From Malacoraja senta (lineage: Eukaryota): a stretch of 64,000 bases of DNA. Shown one piece after another: positions 1-11,665 of the stretch; the first letter of the stretch is position 1, and each line of letters starts with the position of its first letter. The position numbers and the translations under genes were made by a program. Under the pieces are notes generated by a model that was given only the letters and a program-made list of their open reading frames with translations, did no database searches and had not been told where the DNA came from. The stretch covers positions 14,508,001 to 14,572,000 of the forward strand of contig CM075982.1 of the NCBI GenBank assembly GCA_038087875.1, read 5' to 3'.

Positions 1-216
1 CTTAACCCTGAAGCACTATCTCCATTTGTGCTTTGGCTGAACTGGTACAATTGTGCTGCAGGGGAACATGGAGGTGCCAAGAAGCGGCAGGCAGGAAATG
101 TTCAAACGAAATAACCATCTCAGCCTAGTCATCCATGAATGTGAGAAGCATCCTCGGGGAGCACATGCGTCTTAAATCATCCAGCGGGAAATAAACCTTC
201 ACTGCCAGTTTCCGCA

Positions 217-242
217 GTGTGTGTGTGTGTGTGTGTGTGTGT
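217..242. repeat. (GT)13 microsatellite
   Basis: Direct reading of the sequence. Confidence 0.95.
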
Positions 243-747
243 AAGTAATGTGAGGAATGGAAAGAGTAAGTGAAAAGAAACAGTTTTACAGACAGAAGAG
301 CAGTAACCAGAGGACACACATATAAAGTCATTGGCAATACAACCATTGGCGATAGGAGTTTTTTTCTGCAGCAATTATTGTTATGCAGACCTAAACTGTG
401 CATTCACCATTCATTTATCTCACCAGACCTTCCATTTTGGTACACTCAGCAGAACTCTGCTAATTATTCAGGGGTACATCTATAAAGTAATTATTCAAAC
501 ATATGCACAAATGAATATTCAACATTTTAAACCTGTCATTTGCTGTACTGAATCTTGAAATTTCCAATCACACTCTTTCAGTGACAGCCCAATCTGTTCT
601 GTGACTAATCTCACTCCAGGATAAACAGCCAAGGATCATCTCGACCCGAGGAAGGTCTACAACTTGCTGCCGTCAGATCCAAACCCCAGCTTCAGATATT
701 TCCACACCATGAGCTCAACAGGAGGTCATGTCCAATTAGTCCAATTA

Positions 748-879
748 AGTCTGAAGAAGGGTCTCGACATGAAACATCACCCATTCCTTCTCTCCAGAGA
801 ACCTGCCTGTCCCGCTGAGTTACTCCAGCATTTTGTGTCCATTTTGGTTTAAACCAGCATCTGCAGTTTCTTCCTACAC
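748..879 (+). mobile_element. Penelope-like element terminal fragment with degenerate hammerhead core
   Basis: CTGAAGAAGGGTCTCGAC..GAAAC..GCTGAGTTACTCCAGCA..CCAGCATCTGCAG, the same sequence that ends the GIY-YIG-coding copy at 48078-48806; CAATTAGT on both sides. Confidence 0.8.
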
Positions 880-989
880 AATTAGTTTCAGGCTCAGCCA
901 TGAAGCACGAGTTGTGCCACCATGTGGATGCCATTATTTCATACTTTAAAAATGAGGGTAACCAGGGAGAAGGTACGAGCACTCGAGCG

Positions 990-2170
990 TAAAGGAGGGG
1001 ATTTATACTTGAAGTCAGAGGTGATCAAATGAGGGTAGTCAATGGATGATGTCTACATGGATTTTAGTAAAGCATTTAATGAAGTCCCTCATGGTAGTCT
1101 GATCCAGTAAGATGCAAGGGATCCACGGTGACTTATTCAAAGCAGATAGGGAGTTGTGATAGAAAGGTGTTATTCTGCTAGAGGTCTGTGACCAATGGAG
1201 TTCCGCAGGGAAGAGGGACCTCTGTGGTCATGATTAAATATACCCACCCATTTGCATATATAAGATATGGATGGAAATGTTGATGGGTTGGTTAGTAAAT
1301 ATGAATACACTTGGTGGAGTTGTAGGCAGTGAGTAAGGCTGTCAAAGTATGTAGGGAATATAGATCAGCTAAAGAAATTAGTGGAGAAATAGTAAATGGT
1401 GTTTAATCATAGCAAATGTGAGTTGTTGCACATTGTGAGGTTGAAAGTTAGGGGAAAGTATACTGTTAATGACAAGACCCTAATAACATTGATGCACATA
1501 GGGATCTTGGTGTCAAAGTCCATAGCTTTCTGAAAGTGGTAACTCAAGTTGATGGAGTGGTAAAGGCGGCAAATATTATGCTTGCCTTCATCAGTCAGGG
1601 CATCGAGTACAAGAGTCAGAAGTCACGTTGTAGCTTTATAGGACCTTGGTCAAGCTGCATTTGGAGTACTGCGTGCTCCTTTACAGAAAAAATGCGGAGG
1701 CTTTGGAGAAAGTGCAGAGGAGTTTTATCAGAATGCTGCCTCAGTTAGCAAGTATTAGCTGCAAGGTGAGATCGGGCAGACTTGGATTGTTTTCTCTGGT
1801 ACATCAGAGGTTGAGAAGAGACGATAAAAGTATATACATTTATGAGAGGCATAGATAGGGTAGATAATCAGAACCTTTTCCCCAGGGTCAAAGAGGCAAA
1901 GACGATAGCATTGTTTTAAAGGGCGAGGGGCAACATTTAAAGGGGATATGCAGGGCAATTTGTTTACTGTGTGGTGGGCACCTAGAATGTGATGTAGACA
2001 GATGGGATATTGATCATTAAAATGCTGTTATTGGGCACATGGATGTGCAGGGAATGAAGGCATATAGAAGGCATGTGTAAACAGAGGAGAATAGTTTAAC
2101 CTTGAATCATGCTCAGTTCAGACATTGTGGGCCAAAGGGCCTGCTCCTGTGCTGCATCGTTCTGTATTAT
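990..2170 (+). mobile_element. Degenerate CR1 LINE (RT C-terminal half and 3' end)
   Basis: Remnants of VYMDFSKAF, GVPQG, KCE.LH, 'VVKAANIMLAFISQGIEYKS', 'LEYCV', 'LGLFSL'; many stops and frameshifts; CR1-type 3' end. Confidence 0.85.
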
Positions 2171-2209
2171 ATTAACTTGGAAAAAGTGACACAATAACTA
2201 TTCCTAGAA

Positions 2210-2420
2210 GATAGACACAAAAAGCTGGAGTAACTCAGTGGGACAGGCAGCATCTCTGGAGAGATGGGATGGGTGACGTTTCGGTTGAGACCCTTTTTCT
2301 GAACCCGAAATGTCACCCATTCCTTTTATCCAGAGATACTGCCAGTCCCACTGAGTTACTCCAGCTTTTTGCGGCTATCTTCAGTTTAAACCAGCATCTG
2401 CAGTTCCTTCCCACACACAG
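2210..2420. mobile_element. Fold-back PLE terminal insertion (inverted then forward copy)
   Basis: 2210-2295 is the reverse complement of about 2303-2390; flanked by direct repeat CTATTCCTAGAA (2198-2209 and 2421-2432). Confidence 0.85.
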
Positions 2421-2486
2421 CTATTCCTAGAAATTGGATCTCACAGTTTTGTGATTTTGTTTGCTGTGCATTTTAATTTCAAAATA

Positions 2487-2745
2487 CTAGGGGGCATAGC
2501 TTTAAAGTGAGGGTGGAACATTTATAGGAGTTTTAAGAGGCACTTTTCTTTTACAAAGAGGGTGGTAGGTGTCTGAAATGTGCTGCCAGTGCATGTGGTG
2601 GAAGCAGATACAATAGCAATATTTAAGATGCATTTGGACAGACACATGAACAGGCAGTGAATGGAAGGGTAGAGATCCTGTGCAGGCAGATGAGTTAATT
2701 TTGATTGGCATCATAGTTGGCTGAAAGGCCTGTTCCTGTATTGTA
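2487..2745 (+). mobile_element. CR1 3' end remnant
   Basis: ACTAGGGGGCATAGCTTTAAAGTG..CAAAGAGGGTGGTAGGTGTCTGAAAT..GGCTGAAAGGCCTGTT, like other CR1 ends in the window. Confidence 0.75.
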
Positions 2746-2749
2746 ATTA

Positions 2750-3345
2750 TCATGCCCTCGTTACCACAGACATGACCAAACCAAGGCTGGCCTCCTCCCT
2801 TGTATTCTTACTTAACCTTACACAATTCAAAACGTTGATGTATGTGTCCCAGGTTCCATCGTCCCATTAACCCACCACTATGTTTGCTGATCAACGTTGG
2901 CTCCTTGTTAAAGAAACTTCAGTTCTGAAACTTCAGGAGAGCTCCCATTTGTTTGACACAGAGCAGGAAACTAATCTACCACAGGGATGATTTTCTCATG
3001 TGGTGTATTTCAAGCAGCTGTGCTTCTACCCACCCTGTGATTCTTGTGCGAGATCCAGTTAATATTAATGATCAGTCCTCATTTCTTGTTTGTAAATATC
3101 TCTGAGGCATTCCCCTCATATGGCCAAGAATCTTCTCCAGGTCTGACAAACTTCCCAGCCTCTAATCATCCCTGATTTCTTAACAGTTTAATGTCTTCAG
3201 CTGTCAAGGTGCCATGTTTTGGAATTTCTCCAAGGTACCCCTTAAAATTCACTACTTTGACCAAGCCCAACCTAAATTTTGTTCAAATGTTCCTGGAAAT
3301 TGTCTCGAGACTTTCTGTTACATTACAGGTGCTATTTAAATGGAT
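2750..3345 (+). mobile_element. Old L2 LINE 3' remnant
   Basis: Degenerate HALVT..RLD and P.FADQRWL motifs; L2-type end AGGTGCTATTTAAATG. Confidence 0.5.
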
Positions 3346-3894
3346 GTTGTGGTGTATCATTGTACTTTAACATAAACTTGAACACATTCTTTCACATTTC
3401 CTTTCTTCAATAGAATCCTTTTATTTTGCCCCTTCATTGGTGTCTGGAACCAATTGGAAGTTGGAATAATAGTTCAAACTGGCACATTCCCATCCAGATC
3501 TTGCAATACCAAATTAAAAACTCTTCAATCTGATTGATTAAAGGTACACAGTTGCTGGACCTGACCAGATAGACATTCTGCCTACAACATTATGCCACTA
3601 TTTTCGACAATCAGTCAGAGAAAATATTGTAGCAATTACATAGACAACGGGGAAAGACTGGCTTTATGTGGTACAGCATTGGGCATGACTGTTAATTACC
3701 CAATATTCCATGTGTTAATTCTCAGTTATTTTTATGTTTCACTTTTACTAAAATTCGCAGAGATAATATTTTCCCCACTCTTAGAATATATTGTCACTGC
3801 ACACATGCTCATTTGCTTAAATTATGCCTCCAGTTTCCACATTAGTCATGGTTTGAATCTTCAAAAAGTGTGGATATAAGGAAGGCAAAGAGCA

Positions 3895-4750
3895 CAAGAT
3901 ATAGGAGCAGAATTAGGCCATTCAGCCCATCAAATCCACTCTGTCATTCAGACATGGCTGATCTGTTTTTCACACTCATCCCCACAACCTCTGAAATCCT
4001 TACTTAATCAAGAATCTATTAATCCATGTTTTAAAAACACCCAATGACTTGGCCTTCACAACTGCCTGCGGCAATGAATTCCACAGGTTCACCTCCATCT
4101 TGCTAAAGAAATTCCTCCTTATCTCCATTCTTTTATTGGGAGGCATCACATTTCTTTAATGTAATGAGACTCTCCTATTACTGTAAACATCCTTTCCACT
4201 CAATTTAGACCTTTCATTATCCATTGTTCATATGGATACTTAGACTATACATAAGTACATAGAATCAGTAACTCACAAACATGGAGCCAGATTGGTCAAT
4301 CTTCTCTGCAGTCCCTCATCCAGGCCCATTTACAGTATTCCAGATGTGGTCTCACCAGCCAGATATAACAGCAACAAATTGTCTCTACTCTTCTGTCTCA
4401 ACTGACTGCTTACTGCATCTGTGCATTGACTTGCAATGATTTATACATGAGGCTCCCCAGATCCTACACAACATCTTTCATTCTTTTACCAGTTTTTTTT
4501 AAATTACTTTAAAGAGCTTTTCCATCAGTGGGCAACTTCCCATTTTTTCTCCTTACATCTCACCCACAAAGTTTTCAACCATTTTATTAGCCTGCCTATG
4601 TCCCCTCCTCTCACCCCAATGCAAAATTGTTGTCTTTGACCTACATTCAAGCTGAAAGTAGTCACCCAATCCTTCCAGTTGCAAGCAGCAGCACTTGTTG
4701 TTGTAGAATCAGATGAGGAAGTCAATGAACAATATAGAGCCCAAAGACAT
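3895..4750 (-). mobile_element. Degenerate CR1 remnant
   Basis: Reverse complement of the CR1 3' end (ATAGGAGCAGAATTAGGCCATTCAGCCC) and of RPHLEY (TTCCAGATGTGGTCTCACCAG). Confidence 0.75.
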
Positions 4751-5164
4751 GCTTGTCAGAAACTGCCTCACCTGGATTTATTACAACTGATACAAACCCA
4801 CAACCATAAAGTTTAAAACAAGACATGTGCGCATTTAGCCTTAAGGGCTTTTGTTATTTAATCTCCTTGGTACTGGTATTAAATAAACCCCACTGCTCTA
4901 ATTCCAATCTCAGCAGCTGCACCCCTCTTCCTTTAGTGTAATTAGGAATGTGTGAAACCCAGCAGGCTATTGGTAGAGTGATCAGTACAGGCAGCTCTAT
5001 GCAAATGAGGACTGGTCCTTAATGCTGATTAAATCTCAAACCGAGAGCCTTGGTTGAAACTGGAGGCAGCTGATGCGCATTGCATGTGAAAATCAGCCAT
5101 GTGGAGTTAATTACGTTTCTCGTTCAGAGCTTCAGGAAGTGAAGCTGGCCATTCAGCCTTCAAA

Positions 5165-5627
5165 CAAAACAAAAAAAAACTGCTTGAGGAACTCAGTGTC
5201 AGGCAGCAGCTGTCGAGCTTTTTGGGTTCCGACCATTTAGTTTGGTTTAGAGATACAGCGCAGAAATAGGCCCTTTGGCCCACCAAGTCTGTGTCGACCA
5301 GTGATTCCCCACACACTAACGCTATCCTGCACACATTCAGGACAACTTACAGAAGCAAATTAACCTACAAAACTTGCACGTCTTTGGAGTGTGGGAGGTA
5401 ACCGGAGCACCCGGAGAAAACTCACGTAGGTCACAGGGAGAACGTACAAACTCCGTACAGACAACATAGTCTCTGGCACTGTAAGACAGCAACTCTACCG
5501 CTGCGCCACTGTGCTGCTCTTCGTCGGACTGATCCATTTCCCTCCACAGATGCTTCCTGACCCATTGAGTTCCTCCAGCAGTTTTCTTTTTGCTGAGGAT
5601 TCTAGCATCTACAGTCTCTTGTGTCTC
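5165..5627. mobile_element. Fold-back PLE terminal insertion interrupted by a SINE
   Basis: Inverted arm 5165-5235 and forward arm about 5530-5627; imperfect TSD CCATTCAG(C/G)C(T/C)TCAA at about 5149-5163 and 5627-5641. Confidence 0.7.
5236..5517 (-). mobile_element. tRNA-headed SINE (HE1/V-SINE-like)
   Basis: Minus strand reads GCACAGTGGCGCAGCGGTAGAGTTGCTG head, V-domain-like TTCTCCGGGTGCTCCGGT..CCTCCCACACTCCAAAGAC, CR1-like tail and (CTAAA)n. Confidence 0.85.
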
Positions 5628-7049
5628 CATTCAGGCCTCAAGTTGGTTCTGCCGCTCACTTACACCATGGCTAACCTGTCTGTGCTTATCCATCTTTGTT
5701 TTGCAACCCATAACATCCTCGTCCAACAAAATCCGTTTAAAAAAGAACGGTTAGCCTCAGAATATCGCATTCCACTCCCCTTGTGGTGGAGGAAGTGTGA
5801 AGAGTATTAATGAATCAAGCATACATTTGCAGGACAGCTCATATTTATTGACTGTAAATCTTCAGTAAGGGTTTCAGTAGCTGAGCCAAAAAAACTGCTG
5901 GCTGGAGCGGAGGCAAGGGGAGGATGGATGAGTTATAACATCATTTACCAAGCAGGTATTTAGGGTTGTGCTAATCCTTAAATGACTAGGTCCCTTTAAC
6001 AGAGGTTGCATTAGTTTTGTTTCACCCCTCCCATATATAAAGACAAAAAAAATTATATATACAAGCACATGGTGAAAAAGCTCCTCAACTGTGTCTGTTG
6101 TTTTTACTTGAGGTTTGCATGGAGGGAATGCTGTGATACCAATGATCTATGGAACAGTTTCTCGAGCTACAACAGACCACATGGAGAAGGTGCATTGATG
6201 TGTGGACTTCCAGCATTTAGACTGGATCACAATATCCTTACTCTGTCCCTCTAGATCATCTGCAATTATGTTTCAGTCAAGTATATCAATGAGTAAACAA
6301 GATGACTAAATATGGCCCTGCGTAATCCCTCACTTCAATTTCATTCTATGGGGCTCTCAACGTTCTTCAAGCTACCCTTGCTCCACAAATAATAGTTTAG
6401 CCACAGTGTCTTGTCCACCCTGACCTGCAGATTTGCTTGTTTTGGGGTTGATTCATGAACACTAAAAATGACGTAGAACAGATCCTAGCCATTGGACTCA
6501 TGTGATCTGTGCCAGTGTTTGTGTTCCACTTTGATCATTTTCCATCTTACCTAATCCTCCCGTTCCTCTCTCCCAACTTTATCTGGCTTCACCTTCATTC
6601 AGGTTGTTGTATTCTCTTCAACCGCTCCGCAGTGACGCCATTTCTCCATTAATTTTGTTCTCTCACGACAGAAGCTTTCCCGAAACTTGGTTGAATGCAA
6701 TTCTGATCCCAATTCCCAATTCTGATTCCTATTATGAACTGACCAATGTCAGTCAGATCCTCCAGTTTGTTCTATATTGCATCGGTTATTGCAATTCAAA
6801 AGCACCTTATCGACTGTGAAATGCCCAGGGAAGTATTGTGAAGGAGGTTTTGTAAACGCAAGTCCTTCTATCTTGGGTAGAGTAGAGGAGGAATGGAAGT
6901 CAGCCAGCCTTTTTGATCATTATCCTAACCAACCATAATTTATAATTGTCTCCAACTCAACCACGTCAGGTTAATACTGGGGAAATGGCATCTGTACAGA
7001 TTGGGATTCAGGTTTATGGCATTTCTGTTCCCCTTGACTCATACTCTAA

Positions 7050-7745
7050 AGAAATAAATCCAATAACATCAATTCCATGCCATCATTAAGACTGCTTATT
7101 TCCACCTGTGGAGCGCTGCTGAGCATTGTCCCAGCCTCCGCTCATCCACACCTTTGCTCCATCCCTGCTGATCAAGAGAGTGATGAAATGGCCATATTCC
7201 AAACACTCTCCTGATCGGCTTCCCTCATTCTATTCACAGACACCCAAAGTCATCCAGCACGCTGGGCTAATGTACACCATCCTGTTCGCACATGCCGACT
7301 CACTCTGGATCTCCACCTTTGCCATCTCAGGTCCATGCACCAACATCAAGAACATTTCCATGGGCAGGGATGGTGATCCTGGTTTATTTAGTGAATGGCG
7401 ACGAAAGGATCTGTAGTCAGGTCACTGAAGCCATGATGTGGATGCTCTTACCATGGTTCCATCTTTCCCAGTTAAGCAAGGTTATTAAGATTCTCAACCT
7501 GGAGTTCACCCTCAAGCCCCTCCCAACCTGTGTGATTCCATGCAATTCCATAATCCTCCACATCTCTAACTATGTGCGTCTCCAGTTCCTGCTCATTCCC
7601 AAGTTAAATTGCTGCAAAAATCGGTATCCATAAGCTCAGCTGCCCAGGACCAAGCTTTGGAACTAGGTCCATAAACCTGCCTCACCTTTTCTTACCCCTT
7701 TTCCTCCATCAGTACCTTTCTTAAAACCCACCTATTTGACCGAGA
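7050..7745 (+). mobile_element. Old L2 ORF2 C-terminal remnant
   Basis: Degenerate IIKTAYFHL, LIHTF, YVRLQ/LRSS, PKLWN and LKTHLFD motifs. Confidence 0.6.
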
Positions 7746-8018
7746 TATTGATCGGCTGGTCTATGTGATTATGTTCTTTCTTTTTTCGGGAACTTTTCTG
7801 AAAATCATTTTCGGATACACTTGCTTTAGTAAATATAACATGTTGTTTAACAATGTGAAAGAGTAACCAAGAAATCCAATGGCAAATTCAGAACCAAATC
7901 CTTTACCTCCAGAGTGGTGTGGTGAGTGGTGACGTTTTTTCACTGTATCTCGCTACACATGACAATAATAAACCACTACCATTACAAATACCAATAAAAT
8001 ACTCCAATGTTGGCCTTC

Positions 8019-8182
8019 GGCTGGCAGCTCAATCACTCAGGCTTAGTGGGCTGGCAGCTCAGTCACTCAGGCCTAGTGGGCTGGCAGCTCAGTCACTCAG
8101 GCCTGGTGGGCTGGCAGCTCAGTCACTCAGGCCTGGTGGGCTGGCAGCTCAGTCACTCAGGGCTGGTGGGCTGGCAGCTCAG
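8019..8182. repeat. 30-bp minisatellite, about 5.5 copies
   Basis: Unit GGCTGGCAGCTCAGTCACTCAGGCCTGGTG. Confidence 0.95.
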
Positions 8183-8734
8183 AAACTGCCAGAAATTCTG
8201 CCCAAAACAGATGAGAGACTCTGTGAGAGAGAAGAGGGAGAGGGTGGAGAATCAATTTTAGATCACAGCAATGAAGGAGGAAAGTCTATCCTGGCCTGGA
8301 TCTCACAGGGAGCCAATAAAGGGAGGGAGAAAAATACTGGGGTGAGGTTTAATACTTGCAGGGGGAATACTTACTGATGGGCCGAAGGGACTCCTGGGCT
8401 AGTACAGGCCTGGTGGGCTGAAAGGGCTCTTAAAAAAATCTGAGTGAAATCTCAGAGAAAGGCACTTTTTCTGGACTTTTCCTGGCCTGGCACAGGCCTT
8501 TTGGGCAAAAGTGCTCCTCCTGGGCTAATACTGGCATTTTGGGCAAAAGGGACTGGTTTCTCAGCTGATGGGGGCCTAGTGGGCTGAAATTAGTGGTTTC
8601 AGGCAGGCCAAAAACTCATTTCATTTCATTTCCATTTCAATTTCAAGCACAGAGCAGGCCAAACAACTCATTTCATTTCCATTTCCATTTCCATTTCAAT
8701 TTCAATTTCAAGCACAGGGCAGGCCAAACAACTA

Positions 8735-9507
8735 AATGGCGTCAAGTTGGGAAAAGGGGATGTACAAAGGGATCTGGGGGTCCTTGTACATCAGTCTATG
8801 AAAGTAAGCATGCAGGTACAGCAGGCAGTGAAGAAAGCGAATGGCATGTTGGCCTTTATAACAAGAGGAATCGAATATAGGAGCAAAGAGGTCCTTCTGC
8901 AGTTGTACAGAGCCCTAGTGAGACCACACCTGGAGTATTGAGATCACACCTGGAGTTTGGTCCCCTAATTTGAGGAAGGACATTCTTGCTATTTAGGGAA
9001 TGCAGCTTAGGTTTACAAGGTTAATTCCCAGGATGGTTGGACTGTCATATGCTGAGGGAATGGAGCAGCTGGGCTTGTACACTCTGGAGTTTAGAAGGAT
9101 GAGAGGGCATCTCATTGAAACATATAAGATGGTTAAGGGTTTGGACACGCTAGAGGCAGGAAACATGTTCCCGATGTTGGGGGAGTCCAGAACCAGGGGC
9201 CACAGTTTAAGAATAAGGAGTAAGCCATTTGGAACAGAAACGAGGAAGCACTTTTTCTCTCAGAGAGTGGTGAGTCTGTGGAATTCTCTGCCTCAGAGGG
9301 TGGTGGAGGCAGGTTCTCTGGATGCTTTCAAGAGAGAGCTAGATAGGGCTCTTAAAAATAGCGGAGTCAGGGGATATGGGGAGAAGGCAGGAACGGGGTA
9401 CTGATTGGGGATGATCAGCCATGATCACATTGAATGGCGGTGCTGGCTCGAAGGGCCAAATGGCCTACTCCTGCACCTATTGTCTATAGTCTATTGTCTA
9501 TTGTCTA
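8735..9507 (+). mobile_element. 5'-truncated CR1 LINE inserted in the tandem array
   Basis: ORFs 8747-8941 and 9000-9404 ([39 protein letters not shown]); (ATTGTCT)n tail. Confidence 0.95.
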
Positions 9508-9839
9508 ACTCGTTTCATTTCCATTTCCATTTCCATTGCAGTTTCAAGCACAGGGCAGGCCAAACAACTCATATCATTTTCATTTAATTTCATTTCCATT
9601 TCCATTGCAGTTTCAAGCACAGTGTAGGCAAACAACTCATTGCATGTTCATTTAATTTCCATTTCCATTGCAGTTTCAAGCACAGGGCAGGCCAAACAAC
9701 TCATTTCATCTTCAATTCATTTCCATTGCAGTTTCAAGCACAGGCCAGGTCAAACAACTCATTGCATTTTCATTTAATTTCCATTTCCATTGCAGTTTCA
9801 AGCATAGGGCAGGCCAAACAGCTCATTGCATTTTCATAA

Positions 9840-10316
9840 TGGTGCTTGTTCTTTTGTTCTTTTCTTTTTTTGTTCTTTTATTTGTTCTTTTTTTTGTTCT
9901 TTTTTTTTAATAGCTTGATTGGAGTAGTTTTATTTGAATTGTCTGTTTAGTTTAGTTTATTGAATTTTGCATTTGTTAATGGTGAAGAATGGGGGTAGGA
10001 CTTGACAAGCATAGGCTTCTTCCTATCCCTTTTTGAACGAGTCTAATGTGTATTATGTTGAAATTGGCTTTTGATTTTTTAATTTATGTATNNNNNNNNN
10101 NNNNNNNNNNNNNNNNNNNNNNNNNNNNNNNNNNNNNNNNNNNNNNNNNNNNNNNNNNNNNNNNNNNNNNNNNNNNNNNNNNNNNNNNNNNNNNNNNNNN
10201 NNNNNNNNNNNNNNNNNNNNNNNNNNNNNNNNNNNNNNNNTCATTTTCATCTTTTCTTTTCTTCTTTTTTTAATCGTTCGAAATAAAAGATATCAATCAA
10301 TCAATCAATCAATCAA
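9840..10316 (+). mobile_element. Non-LTR retrotransposon 3' end (clade uncertain) spanning an assembly gap
   Basis: T-rich UTR, stem-loop GGGGTAGGA..AAGC-ATAG-GCTT..TCCTATCCC, AATAAA, (ATCA)n tail. Confidence 0.6.
10092..10240. other. Assembly gap (149 N)
   Basis: Run of N. Confidence 0.99.
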
Positions 10317-10891
10317 TTTCATGTCCATTTCCATTGCAGTTTCAATCACAGGGCAGGCCAAACAGCTCATTGCATTTTCATTTAATTTCCATTGCAGTTT
10401 CAAGCACACAGCAGGTCAAACAGCTCATTGTATTTTCATTTCATTTCCATTTCCAATGCCATTTCCAGCACAGGGCAGGTCAAACAGCTCATTGCATTTT
10501 CATTTCATTTCCATTGCAGTTTCAAGCACAGGGCAGGCCAAACAACTCATTGCATTTTCATTTCATTTCCATTTCCATTGCAGTTTCAAGCACAGGGCAG
10601 GCCAAACAGCTCATTGCATTTTCATTTCATTTCCATTTCCATTGCAGTTTCAAGCCCAGGGCAGGCAAAACAGCTCATTACATTTTCATTTCATTTCCAT
10701 TTTCATTGCAGTTTCAAGCACAGGGCAGGCCAAACAGCTCATTGCAGTTTCAAGCACAGGGCAGGCCAAACAGCTCATTGCATTTACATTTCATTTCCGT
10801 TTCCATTGCAGTTTCAAGCACAGGGCAGACCAAGCAGCTCATTGCATTTTCATTAAGGGCTAACAAATCATTTATTGTAAGTACATTGCAG

Positions 10892-11059
10892 ACTCACAGT
10901 TCAGTTGATTCACCGCTTAGAATCACAGTTGTTGCCTCTCCCTCGCGATCTTCCAGAGTGACTGACTCACGTCCTGGCATCCGGGGTTTTATAGTCCTGC
11001 CCCCCCCCCCAGAAGGGTCTTTACCTTCATCATGATGATTGACAGGCGAAAGGACCAAT
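10892..11059 (-). promoter_or_regulatory. Candidate Pol II core promoter and first exon inside the Helitron 5' arm
   Basis: CCAAT at 11055-11059, G-rich box, TATAAAA 10993-10987, Inr TCAGTC with A at 10963 (30 nt from the TATA T), donor GTGAGT 10897-10892. Confidence 0.5.
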
Positions 11060-11309
11060 CAGCTGATCTCAAGATTTTTTAAACACTCATAACTTTTTTA
11101 TTTTTAATCGATTGGAAAAATCCTCGGGGCTGCCTCGGCGGAGGAGGACTGTGAGTAAGATGGCCAAATATCATAGTGATATAGGGTAGCGTTTTTTTCT
11201 AAAATCAATATACAGCGCAGACAGGAAGTGGTCAAGATGAGACTTTTAGTTATATAGATGAAGCACTGCAGATTTTTTCTTGTACAATCTCAAATATTAA
11301 TTGATGGAA

Positions 11310-11665
11310 CTAGATGAGGAGAGGCAGCCACATTAAGTGCATGGTCAGGCATGTATATGAGATGACCCATCCAATGGAAGCAAGTGAGTGGAACTAGGAT
11401 CTCATTCCTGAGGATGTCAACTTGGGGGAAGGACACAATGTTAGTTCCAGGATTGGAGCCTTGTGTGGAGACAGCAGTGACGGGGTCTTCCTGTGCCTTG
11501 AGTTGGGAATCCATCTCTCAAGAGCATTGTGGAGCACAGACATCGCTGCTGCTCGGTGGATTATCCATTTGGGGTCAGAGTCTGAAGTCTCGATCTTCAA
11601 ACAGTCTTTCCTTCAAACTACCAAAGCCAATGTTGGTACATTGATACTAATGAAGAATTTCACCA
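11310..11665 (-). mobile_element. Old RTE-clade LINE remnant
   Basis: Minus-strand translation gives EI.H..QC..FG.LKERLFEDRD and TN.V...HWMGHLIYMPD, resembling RTE ORF C-terminal motifs (AFGRLRKRVF; LRWAGHVIRMPD). Confidence 0.6.

Larger units (their letters stand above)
8600..10853. repeat. ~58-64-bp tandem array in three blocks (about 8600-8733, 9507-9838, 10316-10853)
   Basis: Unit TTTCAAGCACAGGGCAGGCCAAACAGCTCATTGCATTTTCATTTCATTTCCATTTCCATTGCAG, length varying with the number of CATTTC subunits; split by two LINE insertions. Confidence 0.9.
8002..11258 (-). mobile_element. Probable non-autonomous Helitron with internal tandem arrays
   Basis: Minus strand starts A|TCTATATAACTAAAAG (Helitron-like 5' TC) at 11258 and ends GCCGAAGGC mini-hairpin + 11 nt + |T at 8002; terminal tetramer is GGAG rather than canonical CTRR; no TSD. 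Confidence 0.6.

Noticed and set aside
5664-5779. Possible minus-strand exon ending at GTAAGT
   Set aside because: Weak AAG acceptor and unrecognisable peptide.
7919-8377. 152-aa ORF with LAAQSLRPGG repeats
   Set aside because: Product of the 30-bp minisatellite; no recognisable domain.
8600-10853. Regularly spaced repeats resembling a CRISPR array
   Set aside because: The intervening parts are CATTTC sub-repeats rather than unique spacers; vertebrate context and no cas genes.
10321-11035. Three overlapping ORFs of 154-233 aa
   Set aside because: Translations of the stop-poor 64-bp tandem repeat in all three frames.
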